A stretch of DNA of 64,000 nt from Betaproteobacteria bacterium. GTDB taxonomy: Bacteria; Pseudomonadota; Gammaproteobacteria; Burkholderiales; SG8-41. The stretch lies in contig JBKDUF010000046.1 of the NCBI GenBank assembly GCA_046339595.1, positions 1,717 to 65,716 of the forward strand. The letters are read 5' to 3'. Both the position numbers and the translations under genes were made by a program. A model generated the notes under the pieces. That model was given only the letters and a program-made list of their open reading frames with translations. It was not told the origin of the DNA and searched no databases. Position 1 is the first letter of the stretch. Every line of letters begins with the position of its first letter. Below are positions 1 to 9,640 of the stretch, in pieces.

Positions 1-472
1 CGGCGAACTGTTCAAGGCTGCCACCGGGCTCGATCTGCTGCATGTGCCGTTCAAGGGCGCCGGCCCCGCGCTGATCGAACTGGTCGGCGGCCGCAACGTG
101 CAGGTCATCTTCGACAACATGCCCTCGTCGATCGGCCATGTCCGCTCAGGTACTTTGCGCGCGCTTGCAGTGACCACCGCCAAGCGCAACGCCGCGCTGC
201 CCGACGTGCCGGCGATGGCCGAAACACTGCCCGGCTTCGAGGCCAGCGCCTGGTTCGGCATGGGTGTGCCGAAGGGCACGCCGGCGCCCATCGTCGCCCG
301 CCTGAACCGGGAGATGAATGCCGGCCTTGAAGACCCCAAGTTGCGTGCTCGCCTGGCCGAACTGGGCGGCGACCCGATCATCGGTACCCCGGCTGATTTC
401 TGGAAACTGCATGCGGCCGAGACCGAGAAGTGGGCCAAGGCGGTTAAGATTTCCGGCGCCAGGGTCGAATGA
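1..472 (+). CDS. Bug/TctC-family tripartite tricarboxylate transporter substrate-binding protein, C-terminal part (5' end outside window)
   Basis: Frame is open from base 2 (GELFKAATGLDLLHVPFKGAGPALIELVGG...). HVPFKG, LRALAVT and LPGFEASAWFGMGVPKGTP motifs are shared with the other nine TctC-like ORFs here. Stop TGA at 470-472. Confidence 0.9.
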   Translation, partial: GELFKAATGLDLLHVPFKGAGPALIELVGGRNVQVIFDNMPSSIGHVRSGTLRALAVTTAKRNAALPDVPAMAETLPGFEASAWFGMGVPKGTPAPIVARLNREMNAGLEDPKLRARLAELGGDPIIGTPADFWKLHAAETEKWAKAVKISGARVE

Positions 473-657
473 CGCACTGACGCGGGGAAGCTTACGCGAT
501 GGCCTAGAAGCCGGTAGAGGCGGTGATGACGGCTTAGGCCGACCTGATAGAGGTGGTACGCACGCTGAAGCAGGTGGTCCCCGTCAAAGGCTGGCTGGGC
601 CTGACCGGCTTCGATTCACGGAACCTTCCCGCCTTCACCCCCTCCAATCGCCATGCC

Positions 658-684
658 GCCGGCAAGACGTGCTGCCGGCTTGTT
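658..684 (+). terminator. weak hairpin plus short T tract (possible terminator or attenuator between TctC gene and OMP gene)
   Basis: GCCGGCA (658-664) pairs with TGCCGGC (673-679) around an 8-nt loop, followed by TTGTT. Paired by hand; the T tract is poor. Confidence 0.3.
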
Positions 685-716
685 AAGTACCATTACAGAG
701 ATCAACCGAGTCAGCC

Positions 717-1622
717 GTGCCGCGCCTGCACCTTTTACCCCTCATTTCAATGGTTCTGGCCATGGCCTGCACCAGTCTCGTCAGCCTCGCGCAAAGCCCT
801 GAGCGGATCTATTCGCTGTCGGTTTCACCGGTGCATCAAGGCAAGGCCGACCTGGAGGGCGGTGGCGACCTGTCTTCGACCAGCCTGCTGATGCGTGCCG
901 GCGCTTCCACTGCCTTGCGCGGCGGCCACCGCGCCGGGGTGAACCTGAGCTACGACTACAGCGACTACGCCTTTGGCGCCGCCTCCGCCTTCGGCGGCCG
1001 GGCACCCTGGGGCAGTGTCGAGCGTTACGGCTTCTCGCTGCCTCTCAGCTACGCGCTGCAGGATGGCTGGAGCCTGGGCCTGGCGCCTTCAGTGGACTGG
1101 TTCGGCGAGCGTGGTGCGGATTCCGGCGAGTCGCTGGCCTGGGGCGGCCTGTTCACCGCCACCAAACGCTACGCCAACGGCAACCGCCTCGGCTTCGGTT
1201 TCGGCGCATTCGACCGCTATGAAAAAACCAGCGTGTTCCCGATGGTGCTGGTGGACTGGAAACTCTCCGAACGCTGGAAGCTGGTCAATCCGCTGCCGGC
1301 GGGCCCCACCGGACCCGCGGGACTTGAACTCGACTACCGCTTCGACAGCGACTGGAACCTGGGCATCGGCGCGGCCTGGCGCAGCACCCGCTTCCGGCTC
1401 GCCACCAACAATGCGGTGGCCAACGGTGTTGGCGAAGAACGCGGAGTACCGGTTTTCCTGCGCGCCTCGCGCAACTTCGGCAAGCAGGCTGCGCTCAACC
1501 TCTACGCCGGTGTCGTCACCAACGGCGAGTTGCGGGTCGAGGATGCAGCCGGCAACACGCTGCGTCGCGTTGACCTTGGCACAGCGCCGGTGTTTGGCGC
1601 CACTTTCACCCTGCGCTACTGA
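717..1622 (+). CDS. putative outer-membrane beta-barrel protein
   Basis: 301-codon ORF (GTG 717; alternative ATG 750). N-terminal hydrophobic signal-like segment ending ...SLAQS. Alternating Gly/aromatic beta-strand-like pattern. C-terminal ...GATFTLRY ends in an aromatic residue, typical of OMPs. Family not identified. Confidence 0.6.
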   Translation: MPRLHLLPLISMVLAMACTSLVSLAQSPERIYSLSVSPVHQGKADLEGGGDLSSTSLLMRAGASTALRGGHRAGVNLSYDYSDYAFGAASAFGGRAPWGSVERYGFSLPLSYALQDGWSLGLAPSVDWFGERGADSGESLAWGGLFTATKRYANGNRLGFGFGAFDRYEKTSVFPMVLVDWKLSERWKLVNPLPAGPTGPAGLELDYRFDSDWNLGIGAAWRSTRFRLATNNAVANGVGEERGVPVFLRASRNFGKQAALNLYAGVVTNGELRVEDAAGNTLRRVDLGTAPVFGATFTLRY

Positions 1623-1640
1623 AAGGCAACAACCGCCAGC

Positions 1641-3242
1641 TCAAGGTCTCACCGAACCGAGCTGGCGTAACGCGTCGACTGCCTGGACCAAGGCGCGCCG
1701 CAGCGCGCTGGCAGCACGCAGGCGCGCATCCATCTCCGCCACGGTGATCACCCCACCGGCGCCAAGCCCCAGCAAACCCTGCTTCAGCGCCTCGTAGCCT
1801 TCATCGAACCGGCCGAAGGCCGCCTCCGCCACGGCAATTCCAGGGGCGTCCTGCGCCGGCTCCACTGCATCGAGCACAGACAGCGCATCAGCGCGCAGGC
1901 GGGCCAGCAGCGCCCCGCCACGTTCATCGCCGGGAAGGCCCGGATATTCGTCCGCTGCAGCCGCGATCTCGGCAGCCAGCATGGAAGCCACCTCGTAATG
2001 ACGTGCGGCACGCAGTAGCAGCGGCAAGCGCTGCGCGCTGGCACCAGTCATGCCGGTGCGGTTGATTTCAACAATGAAAGCGGCAATGGCATGCCCCAAC
2101 GCCTCCACGACATGCCTCTGTCGAGCGCCCGTGGCGTCCGCAGGCCCCGCCAGCGCGGCGCGCAGCGCACGCAAGGACAGGCCTCCCATGCGCCGCACCT
2201 CGCGCTCGAGGGCATCGAGTGCGAGCGTCGGCACCGCCAGTACGGTACGGTCGATGTGGCGCGGGCGTGCCTCCTCTTCCTCCGCGGCGCGGAAATGCGA
2301 CTCGAGCAGCCGCGTCAGATGCGCGGCGAGTGGCCAGATCAGGAGCACGCCAAGCACGTTGAACAAGGTGTGGAAGAGCGCCAGTTGGCCTGCGGGCGAG
2401 GATCCCAATTCCATCCAGTCGGAAATGACTGCGAGCAGCCCGACCAGCCAGGGCAAAAGCAACAGTGCGACCGCGCCAGTGAGCAGATTGAACGCGATGT
2501 GTGCAGCTGCGGCCCGCTTCGCAGCGGGTGTAGCGCCAATCGCGGCAATCAAAGCGGTGACAGTGGTGCCGATGTTGGCACCGATCACCACCGCTGCCGC
2601 GCCCTGAGTGGTGAGCAGTCCACCCTGGGCCGCGGTCAGAGCGATCGCCAGCGCGGCGCTGGAACTCTGCATCAGGACGGTGAGAACGATGCCGACCAGC
2701 ACCTGGGCCGCCGAGTCGGTAAAACCGCGACCTTCAGGCAACCTGAAGTTTCCGGCCAGGCCCGAGAACGTGTCCTTGAGCAGGTCGATACCGAGGAACA
2801 GAACACCGAAGCCCGCCATCGCCAGCCCGAAAGCACCGCGACGACTCTGCTCCCCGCTCAGGCGCAGCAACATGCCAAGACCGATCATGGGCAGCGCAAG
2901 GGCCTCGATCTTGAACTGGAGTCCGACCAGGGCGACAAGCCAGCCGGTCATTGTGGTGCCAACATTGGCGCCAAACAGAACCCACAGCGCCTGTGACAGG
3001 TTGAGCAGCCCGGCATTGACAAAGCCGATAGCGGCCACCGTGACCGCGCTGGAGGACTGCACCAGCGCAGTGACAAGGATGCCCGAGGCAAGCCCGCGCA
3101 GGCGGGTGCGCGTCGAATTGGCCAGGATTCGTTCGAGTGCAGGACCCGCGGCCAGTTTCAGGCCGTCGGTCATCAGGCCCATGCCGAGCAGGAATAACCC
3201 CACACCACCGGCCAGTCCACCGGCCAGCGCGAAATGATCCAT
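1641..3242 (-). CDS. Na/Pi cotransporter family protein with PhoU-like C-terminal region
   Basis: 533 aa. N-terminus GLFLLGMGLMTDGLK. Two QSSSA(V/A) Na/Pi-cotransporter repeats (LVQSSSAVTVA, LMQSSSAALAI). Alpha-helical, acidic C-terminal third. Confidence 0.85.
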   Translation of the reverse strand: MDHFALAGGLAGGVGLFLLGMGLMTDGLKLAAGPALERILANSTRTRLRGLASGILVTALVQSSSAVTVAAIGFVNAGLLNLSQALWVLFGANVGTTMTGWLVALVGLQFKIEALALPMIGLGMLLRLSGEQSRRGAFGLAMAGFGVLFLGIDLLKDTFSGLAGNFRLPEGRGFTDSAAQVLVGIVLTVLMQSSSAALAIALTAAQGGLLTTQGAAAVVIGANIGTTVTALIAAIGATPAAKRAAAAHIAFNLLTGAVALLLLPWLVGLLAVISDWMELGSSPAGQLALFHTLFNVLGVLLIWPLAAHLTRLLESHFRAAEEEEARPRHIDRTVLAVPTLALDALEREVRRMGGLSLRALRAALAGPADATGARQRHVVEALGHAIAAFIVEINRTGMTGASAQRLPLLLRAARHYEVASMLAAEIAAAADEYPGLPGDERGGALLARLRADALSVLDAVEPAQDAPGIAVAEAAFGRFDEGYEALKQGLLGLGAGGVITVAEMDARLRAASALRRALVQAVDALRQLGSVRP

Positions 3243-3383
3243 CGCTGCGCTCCTCGCGCCCGCCCTTGCGCATGGCAGGCCAGGCTTGGAATGGCTCGCC
3301 GCTGCAGCTGCCGACTTGGGTAGCGACCCGCCATCAATAATATTTATTAATTAAATCAATAGGTTAAAAAATGTGTTTGCAGA

Positions 3384-4760
3384 CTATTGGCGGGCACCGG
3401 CCACAGCCGCATCGACCGCGGCCGCCAGCTTGCCAACGATCTCATCAAGCTGCAGTTCGCTGACGATGAACGGCGGCGCCAGCAGCACGTGGTCGCCGCG
3501 GGTGCCGTCCACCGCGCCGCCCATCGGGTAGCACAACAACCCTTGGTCCATCGCCGTGACCTTCAGTTTCGAGTGCAGCTTCAGGCGCGGATCGAAAGGC
3601 ATCTTGCTGGCACGCTCGGCGACCAGTTCCACTCCCACGAACAGGCCACGGCCGCGGATATCGCCAACATGCGGATGCGCGGCGAAGCGTTCGCGCAGGG
3701 CACGGCAGAAATACTCGCCGCGCGACTGCACCTGCGCGAGCAGCCCGCGTTCGCGCACAGCGCGCTGCACGGCAAGCGCGCCGGCGCAGGCGGCAGCATG
3801 GCCGATATAGGTGTGGGAATGGGCAAACGCACCGCTGCCGCACCGCACCGCCTCGACGATACGCGCGGACACCAGGGTCGCACCGATGGGCTGGTAGCCC
3901 GCGCCGAGACCCTTGGCGATGCAGGCAATGTCGGGCGCGATACCTTCCTGCTCGCAGGCCCACAGCGTGCCGGTACGCCCCATGCCGCACATCACCTCGT
4001 CGAGGATGAGCAGGATACCGTGGCGGTCGCACAGCTCGCGCAGCAGCGTGAAATAGCCGGGTGGCGGCGTGGTCGCGCCCAGCGTGGCGCCGGATACGGT
4101 CTCGGCGATGAAGGCAAAAACCCGCTGCGGGCCGGCGCCCTCGATCTCGGCCTCGATTTCGGCCACCAGCCGGCGCGCATACCCCTCCTCGGTCTCGTCG
4201 GCACGGCGCTCGCGATAGTCGTAGCAGGGCGAGACATGACGCACTGGCGCCAGCAGCGGCTCGAAACCGCGGCGATTGGCGGCACGGCCGCCGGCGGCGA
4301 GCGCACCGAGCGTGCTGCCGTGGTAGCTCTGGCGGCGCGCGATCAGCAGCTCGCGCCCGGCCTGTCCGCTGTCCACCGCGTACTGGCGCGCAAACTTGAT
4401 CGCCGCCTCCACTGCCTCGGATCCGCCGGAACAGAAATAGACCTGGTCCAGACCTGCGGGCGCGTGCGCGACGAGATCATCCGCCAGCGCCTCCGCGGCT
4501 TCGGTGGTGAAAAACGAGGTGTGGGCATACGGCAGGCGGTCAAGCTGGTCCTTGATCGCAGCGATCACCTCGCGGTCGCTGTGCCCGAGGCAGGACACTG
4601 CAGCGCCGCTGGAGGCATCGATGTAACGCCGGCCGGCACTGTCAATCAGGTACGGTCCGTCGCCGGCGACGGCACGAGGGTAGTCATGGCTGAGGCTGCG
4701 ATGGATGATGCGCGACACGTCGGCTCCGGGAGGGATGGTTTGCTGCCGATTTTGCGGCAA
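3384..4760 (-). CDS. class-III (omega) aminotransferase, PLP-dependent
   Basis: 458 aa. Motifs SGGSEAVEAAIKFARQY, LILDEVMCGMGRTG and the PLP-lysine region IACIAKGLGAGYQPIG. Confidence 0.9.
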   Translation of the reverse strand: MPQNRQQTIPPGADVSRIIHRSLSHDYPRAVAGDGPYLIDSAGRRYIDASSGAAVSCLGHSDREVIAAIKDQLDRLPYAHTSFFTTEAAEALADDLVAHAPAGLDQVYFCSGGSEAVEAAIKFARQYAVDSGQAGRELLIARRQSYHGSTLGALAAGGRAANRRGFEPLLAPVRHVSPCYDYRERRADETEEGYARRLVAEIEAEIEGAGPQRVFAFIAETVSGATLGATTPPPGYFTLLRELCDRHGILLILDEVMCGMGRTGTLWACEQEGIAPDIACIAKGLGAGYQPIGATLVSARIVEAVRCGSGAFAHSHTYIGHAAACAGALAVQRAVRERGLLAQVQSRGEYFCRALRERFAAHPHVGDIRGRGLFVGVELVAERASKMPFDPRLKLHSKLKVTAMDQGLLCYPMGGAVDGTRGDHVLLAPPFIVSELQLDEIVGKLAAAVDAAVAGARQ

Positions 4761-4825
4761 GCCTCGTGCAGGGTCAAAACCACCGACGTCGATTCTGTGG
4801 CGTCATCATCGTTTAACATACCCGC

Positions 4826-5443
4826 ATGCACATTCAACGCATGAACCGGCTGCTCCCGGCGCTGTGTGCCATGATCTGGGCCACAGCCTCTGCACAACAG
4901 CCGTCGCACCCTCGAAAACCTGACCCCACGCAGGACGCCAGACACGCCGCCGAGCTGCGCGCGCGTGTAGCCAAGGGGGATGGCGACGCGGCGCTGCGCC
5001 TGGGCAACCTGGTGGAACTCAAACGCGCGCCTGCCGGCTACGGCACCGCGCTCGAGTGGTATCGCCGAGGCTGCGAGCTGCTCGACCTTTCCGCATGCCA
5101 TAACGTCGGCCTTGCCCATCAGGAGGGCCGGCATGGCCTCAAGCCCGATCTGGCCGAGGCCGCGCGCTTCTATGAACAGTCCGCCGAGCGCGGCTTCCTG
5201 AATTCAATGTACAACCTGGCGATTCTCTACGCTGACAGCGGCCTCATCGCCACCGATCCGCGCGAAGGCCTGCGATGGATGCTGGTGGCGCAGCGCGCCG
5301 CCGCGCAATGCCCGGAACGGCGGCTGTGTCAGGAAGTAACTGCAGACCCCAGGGGTTACCGCGTCCGGCTCGAGCAGAAACTTTCGTCTCGCGAGCGGCG
5401 AGACACTTACGAGCGCGCGATGGCCTGGCAGCCGAAAAACTGA
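4826..5443 (+). CDS. Sel1-repeat (TPR-like) secreted protein
   Basis: 205 aa. Signal-like N-terminus ...IWATASAQQ. Repeated A..WY..(A/S)A..G...(A/S)...LG..Y units (ALEWYRRGCELLDLSACHNVGLAH, AARFYEQSAERGFLNSMYNLAILY). Confidence 0.75.
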   Translation: MHIQRMNRLLPALCAMIWATASAQQPSHPRKPDPTQDARHAAELRARVAKGDGDAALRLGNLVELKRAPAGYGTALEWYRRGCELLDLSACHNVGLAHQEGRHGLKPDLAEAARFYEQSAERGFLNSMYNLAILYADSGLIATDPREGLRWMLVAQRAAAQCPERRLCQEVTADPRGYRVRLEQKLSSRERRDTYERAMAWQPKN

Positions 5444-5486
5444 GCAGCCGGCACCGCGCGCATCAACGCGGGATGTCCGCTCCGCC

Positions 5487-6998
5487 TCAACCTTCGGTCT
5501 CGAGCTGCACCTTGCGCCCGCGGAACCTGAGCTTTTGCAGTATCAGCGGCAGGCACAGGAACAGTAGGGTCAGCAGCAGGAATGCCGCCACGATCGGCCG
5601 CTCGAGCAGCACCAGCAGGTTGCCCTGGGACATGATCATCGACTGGCGCAGCGCCTCTTCCATGCGCGTGCCCAGCACCAGCCCGAGGATCACCGGCGCG
5701 ACTGGATAAGCGTGCTTTCTCATGAAATAGCCCAGCACGCCGAAGCCGCAGAGGAAAATCAGGTCCAGGGTCTGCTGGTTGACGTTGTAGACGCCAACCA
5801 CGCAGATCACCATGATCACCGGCAGCATCAGGCGCAGCGGCACGTAGAGCAGGCGCACGAAAAGGCCGACCATCGGCAGGTTGAGGATCAGCAGCATCAC
5901 GTTGCCGACGTAGAGCGCGGCGATCAGTCCCCACACCACTTCCGGATGCTGGCTGAACATCATCGGCCCCGGATGCACATTGAGCGCCGTCAGCGCCAGC
6001 AGCAGGATCGCCGTGGTGCCCGACCCGGGAATGCCGAGGGTGAGCATCGGCACCATCGCGCCGGCACTGGCAGCGTTGTTGGCCGACTCCGGCGCGGCGA
6101 CGCCGCGGATCTCGCCCTTGCCGAAGCGCTCGGGGTTTTTGCTGATCTGCGATTCAACCGAATAGGACAGGAAAGACGCGATGCCGGCGCCGGCGCCGGG
6201 CATCACGCCGACGACGAAACCGATCGCGGTGCCGCGGCCGATCGCGCCCAAGCTTTCGCGGATTTCCTGGAAGGAGATGTACAGCCGGTGTTTGATCACC
6301 GACTTGGCCTCGCCGCTGCGCAGTTCATTGGTGTTGAGCAGCACCTCGGACACCGCGAAGAGGCCGATGGTGACGATCAGGAACTCGATGCCGTCGAGCA
6401 TTTCGGCAATGCCGAAGGTGAAGCGCGCGACGCCGGTGACATCGGTGCCCATGGTAGAGATCATCAGGCCGAGGGTCATCGCCATCAACCCCTTCACCAG
6501 CGAGCCGCCGGACAGTGCAGCGACCGACGACAGGCCGAACACCATCAGCACGAAATACTCCGGCGGACCGAAGTTCAGCGCCCATTCGGCGATACGCGGC
6601 GCGAAGAGCATCAGCGCTACCACACCAAGTGTGCCAGCAATAAAAGAACCGATGGCAGAGATACACAGCGCCGACCCCGCCCTGCCCTGCAGCGCCATCT
6701 GGTGACCGTCAAGGCAGGTCACCACGGAGGACGATTCGCCCGGCACGTTGAGCAGGATCGAGGTGGTCGAACCGCCGTACATCGCGCCGCAGTAAAGCGC
6801 GGCGAGCATGATGATGGCGCCCACCGGGTTCATGTTGAGCACGATCGGCAGCAGCATCGCCAGCGCGCCGGCGGGTCCGATGCCCGGCAATACGCCGATC
6901 ACCGTGCCGAGGACAGCACCGATGAGGGCAAACAGCAGGTTCTGGGGTTGCAGCGCGGTCTCGAATCCACCCATCAGCAGTGGCAGCACGTCGCCCAT
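5487..6998 (-). CDS. tctA: tripartite tricarboxylate transporter large permease TctA
   Basis: 503 aa polytopic membrane protein. GVLPGIGPAGALAMLLP and YGGSTTSILLNVPGE motifs. Lies directly downstream of tctB and tctC. Confidence 0.92.
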   Translation of the reverse strand: MGDVLPLLMGGFETALQPQNLLFALIGAVLGTVIGVLPGIGPAGALAMLLPIVLNMNPVGAIIMLAALYCGAMYGGSTTSILLNVPGESSSVVTCLDGHQMALQGRAGSALCISAIGSFIAGTLGVVALMLFAPRIAEWALNFGPPEYFVLMVFGLSSVAALSGGSLVKGLMAMTLGLMISTMGTDVTGVARFTFGIAEMLDGIEFLIVTIGLFAVSEVLLNTNELRSGEAKSVIKHRLYISFQEIRESLGAIGRGTAIGFVVGVMPGAGAGIASFLSYSVESQISKNPERFGKGEIRGVAAPESANNAASAGAMVPMLTLGIPGSGTTAILLLALTALNVHPGPMMFSQHPEVVWGLIAALYVGNVMLLILNLPMVGLFVRLLYVPLRLMLPVIMVICVVGVYNVNQQTLDLIFLCGFGVLGYFMRKHAYPVAPVILGLVLGTRMEEALRQSMIMSQGNLLVLLERPIVAAFLLLTLLFLCLPLILQKLRFRGRKVQLETEG

Positions 6999-7001
6999 GA
7001 T

Positions 7002-7478
7002 TCAGCCCTGGAAAAAGCGGGCCAGCGGCCCGAGAGGCAGCCGGATGTCCAGCAGATAATGAAACAGCCCGAACACCACCCCGGTCACGGCCGCACTGTA
7101 GCCGAGGATGCCCGTCCAGCTGGGATGCCCGAAGTAGCGGAAGGTGATCACCAGAAACAACGGTGTCGCAATCAGGAACCCGAGGTCCTCGAACACCAGG
7201 GCATAAGCCAGCAGCATGGCCGCCGGCACCAGCGCCGTGATGTCCGATCCTCCGTCATCCGCCTTGTCCTTCTTGCCGTCGGAGCCGCCCTGCAGCAGCA
7301 GCAGGATGCTCAGCAGGATGCCCAGCGCCGTCAGCAGCCGGTTGAAAAATGCCGGGCCGATCACATCCCCCTGCAGCGCGGCGGTGAGCTGGGTGCCGCC
7401 CCAGCCGTAGACCAGGACAACCCCGAGGAAAAGTAACGCACCGATGCGGCCGGCGCCGAGCGAAAATTTCATGCGCAT
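7002..7478 (-). CDS. tctB: tripartite tricarboxylate transporter small permease TctB
   Basis: Small 4-TM protein between tctC and tctA. I prefer ATG 7478 (TGGGAG SD 5 nt upstream) over the TTG at 7490 listed in the ORF track. Confidence 0.8.
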   Translation of the reverse strand: MRMKFSLGAGRIGALLFLGVVLVYGWGGTQLTAALQGDVIGPAFFNRLLTALGILLSILLLLQGGSDGKKDKADDGGSDITALVPAAMLLAYALVFEDLGFLIATPLFLVITFRYFGHPSWTGILGYSAAVTGVVFGLFHYLLDIRLPLGPLARFFQG

Positions 7479-7511
7479 GCGAACTCCCAATCTTCCATGT
7501 CCCGTCGCGTA

Positions 7512-8495
7512 TCAATTGCCGGGTTTGAGGAGGCTCATCTCCTTGTTCAGGCGCATATAGGTCTTTTCCTCTTCTTCGAAGAAGGCAACCAGCGCCGGCC
7601 CCGTGGTCCAGCTGTCGACCAGCGCGTTGCGGGAAACGTACTCCTTCCACTGCTTGGTCTCGCGCACCTTGGCCAGTGCCTGCACCCAATACTGGGCGGC
7701 CTCGGCGCTGATGCCTTGGGGCGCCATCACACCGCGGAACTGCTTCGGGAAACGCGCGTTTATGCCAACATCCTGAAACCGCGGAACATCCGGCAACAGT
7801 TCAAGCCGCTCAGTCGCAGCCAGCGCACGCAACTTGCCGGCCTTGACGTGCTGCGCCATCTCCGCCGGATTTTCCATCATGAAATGCACATGTTTGCCGA
7901 GCAACTGCGGAATCGCCTCTCCGGCGCCGCGAAACGGAGTGTAGGAAAACTGCACACCGCCAAAATCCTCGAAAATCTTGCCCGCCATCGATGCACTGCT
8001 GCCATAGGAACCACCGCCCTGCAGGATCTGCTTGGGTTTTTGCCTTGCCGCATCCAGCAGGTCTCGCGGCGTACGCCATGAGCTCTCGGCATTGACCACC
8101 AGCAGCATTGGGTCTACCGCCATCAGCGCGATCGGCGTGAAACTGCGCCAGCCCGTATCGGAATTGATGAGCAGCGGCAGGTTGAGGCTCTGCGGCGTGT
8201 AGGCTGCCAGCATGTGCGGGTTGCCCTTGTTCTGGAAGGTCACATAGCGGCGAGCCTTCTCACCCTGGGAACCGGTCACCGACTCCACCGCAACCTGGCG
8301 GGGCACGATCTTGTTCTTGTTCATGATGTCGGCAATCTCTCGCAACATCAGCTCGTTACCTGTGCCAGGCGCGGAATGGGTGACCATGACCACGCGCTCG
8401 GTAGGCGCCCATTGCGCGAGTGCGCTGCCAGTAACGGACAACGCCAGCGCGCCCGCGGTGATTGCAGCAGTACGGCAGAAAGTCGTGCCATTCAT
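7512..8495 (-). CDS. tctC: tripartite tricarboxylate transporter substrate-binding protein TctC
   Basis: ORF trimmed to ATG 8495, preceded by GGAGGAGACCATC. Signal peptide MNGTTFCRTAAITAGALALSVTGSALA. FSYTPFRGAGEA and KAGKLRALA motifs. First gene of the tctCBA unit. Confidence 0.88.
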   Translation of the reverse strand: MNGTTFCRTAAITAGALALSVTGSALAQWAPTERVVMVTHSAPGTGNELMLREIADIMNKNKIVPRQVAVESVTGSQGEKARRYVTFQNKGNPHMLAAYTPQSLNLPLLINSDTGWRSFTPIALMAVDPMLLVVNAESSWRTPRDLLDAARQKPKQILQGGGSYGSSASMAGKIFEDFGGVQFSYTPFRGAGEAIPQLLGKHVHFMMENPAEMAQHVKAGKLRALAATERLELLPDVPRFQDVGINARFPKQFRGVMAPQGISAEAAQYWVQALAKVRETKQWKEYVSRNALVDSWTTGPALVAFFEEEEKTYMRLNKEMSLLKPGN

Positions 8496-8562
8496 GATGG
8501 TCTCCTCCATGCGGCTCTTACGCCGCACTTGATTTGTGGTTGCTGTCCTGTTGCGTTGTTGC

Positions 8563-9543
8563 CTATGTCCTGCTGCCGAAGCCGGGCAGGTAGACCGGCC
8601 CGTCCTCGATGCCATCCACCGGCGGACCGCTCATGCCGTGGCTGGTGTCCTTGGCGACAAAGGTAAGCACGTCGCCGGCCGCCGATGCAATCGCGCTGTG
8701 GCGCACGCCCGGCGGCAGGTGCGTCACCGAGTTCGGCGGCGCCTCCACCGCATGGCCGTCGATTTCGTAGAGCATGGTGCCGCTCAGCACGAAACTGAAC
8801 TGTTCGTTGGGATGGGTGTGCAGTTTGGTGCCGCTGCCAACCCCCTTGTGGATATGTCCGACCTGCACTTTTTCACCCCGCAGCGCGGCGCCGAATGATG
8901 ACGATTTCCCGGAGATGAAGTTGCGCGGGATCACCTGCGCGCTGGTCGGCCACTCCGGCACGGCATCGAGATGCTCGATGTCGTAGACGTACTGGATTTT
9001 CCGGCCCGACCCGTTTTTTGTCTGTGGCTCCGGCAGGCCATCAGGGCCCGGCTTCCATTCGTTGTCGCCCTTCCCGAAACCGGGCAGGTGCCGCGGGCCG
9101 TTGTAGACACCGTCGATCGGCGGACCAACGATGCCGTGGCGGGTATCCTTGACCGCGTAGAAAATCACATCCTCTTCGGCGCTAGACACGTGGCTGTGCG
9201 GCATGCCGGCGGGGATATGCACGACATGCCCCTTCGGCACGCGAAACACCTGGCCGTCCATGTCCGCGATCAGGGTGCCCTGAATCACGTAATTGAACTG
9301 TTCGTTGGGATGGGTATGGATCTTGGAGCCGGTACCGCGCGGCTTGTGCACCAGCGCAACCTGCAAACGCTCCCCCTTGACCACAGCCCCAACGGAAGTT
9401 GACTTTCCGGTGGCCAGCGTCTCGCCAGATAGCAGCCGCCGCGGGGATACTTTTGCGCTGCTAGGCCCCTCCGGCACGCGGTCCAGTTCCTCGAAGCGGT
9501 AAATATGGCGAACCGGTGGTGCTTCCCGTGTTATCGCTGACAT
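8563..9543 (-). CDS. bicupin protein A (two metal-site cupin_2-like domains), function unknown
   Basis: ORF 8563..9921 trimmed to ATG 9543 (SD GAGGAGGG). Both halves carry G(T/S)G(S/T)K(I/L)HTHPNEQF ... P.G..HS (HxH..E...H cupin metal site), each followed by GPP(I/V)DG..(N/D)GP..LPGFG. Confidence 0.85.
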   Translation of the reverse strand: MSAITREAPPVRHIYRFEELDRVPEGPSSAKVSPRRLLSGETLATGKSTSVGAVVKGERLQVALVHKPRGTGSKIHTHPNEQFNYVIQGTLIADMDGQVFRVPKGHVVHIPAGMPHSHVSSAEEDVIFYAVKDTRHGIVGPPIDGVYNGPRHLPGFGKGDNEWKPGPDGLPEPQTKNGSGRKIQYVYDIEHLDAVPEWPTSAQVIPRNFISGKSSSFGAALRGEKVQVGHIHKGVGSGTKLHTHPNEQFSFVLSGTMLYEIDGHAVEAPPNSVTHLPPGVRHSAIASAAGDVLTFVAKDTSHGMSGPPVDGIEDGPVYLPGFGSRT

Positions 9544-9640
9544 ACTGCCCTCCTCAGTGGGTGCGGCCCGGCCGGATCGGGCGTACACCCGGATCCGGCC
9601 CCGCCGCGGCCTTCGTTCGGTTTGCGGTAACGCCCTGACC

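Noticed and set aside
3243-3383. A+T-rich spacer (…AATAATATTTATTAATTAAATCAATAGGTTAAAAAATG…) upstream of the Na/Pi cotransporter gene as a Pho box or another copy of the CAGGAT element.
   Set aside because: It has no CAGGAT/ATCCTG hexamers, and I could not find a convincing CTGTCAT-type Pho-box direct repeat. It is most simply an A+T-rich promoter or terminator spacer.
3387-4844. Long plus-strand ORF (485 aa) opposite the aminotransferase gene. Similar long antisense ORFs occur elsewhere, e.g. 5712..7436, 15125..16510, 20803..21975, 29070..31094, 35175..36689, 40346..41974, 45253..47358, 50927..52378 and 53546..54967.
   Set aside because: They are typical high-GC shadow ORFs. Their products are low-complexity and rich in R, A, G, H and D with no recognisable motifs. 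Each completely overlaps an opposite-strand gene that has clear family signatures and a sensible SD and start.
9544-9640. Hairpin CCGGATCGGG-CGTACA-CCCGGATCCGG between bicupin genes A and B as a terminator or REP element.
   Set aside because: It is a single occurrence with no U tract, inside an operon with strong SDs on both sides. It is probably just an intercistronic stem-loop, and nothing supports a repeat family.
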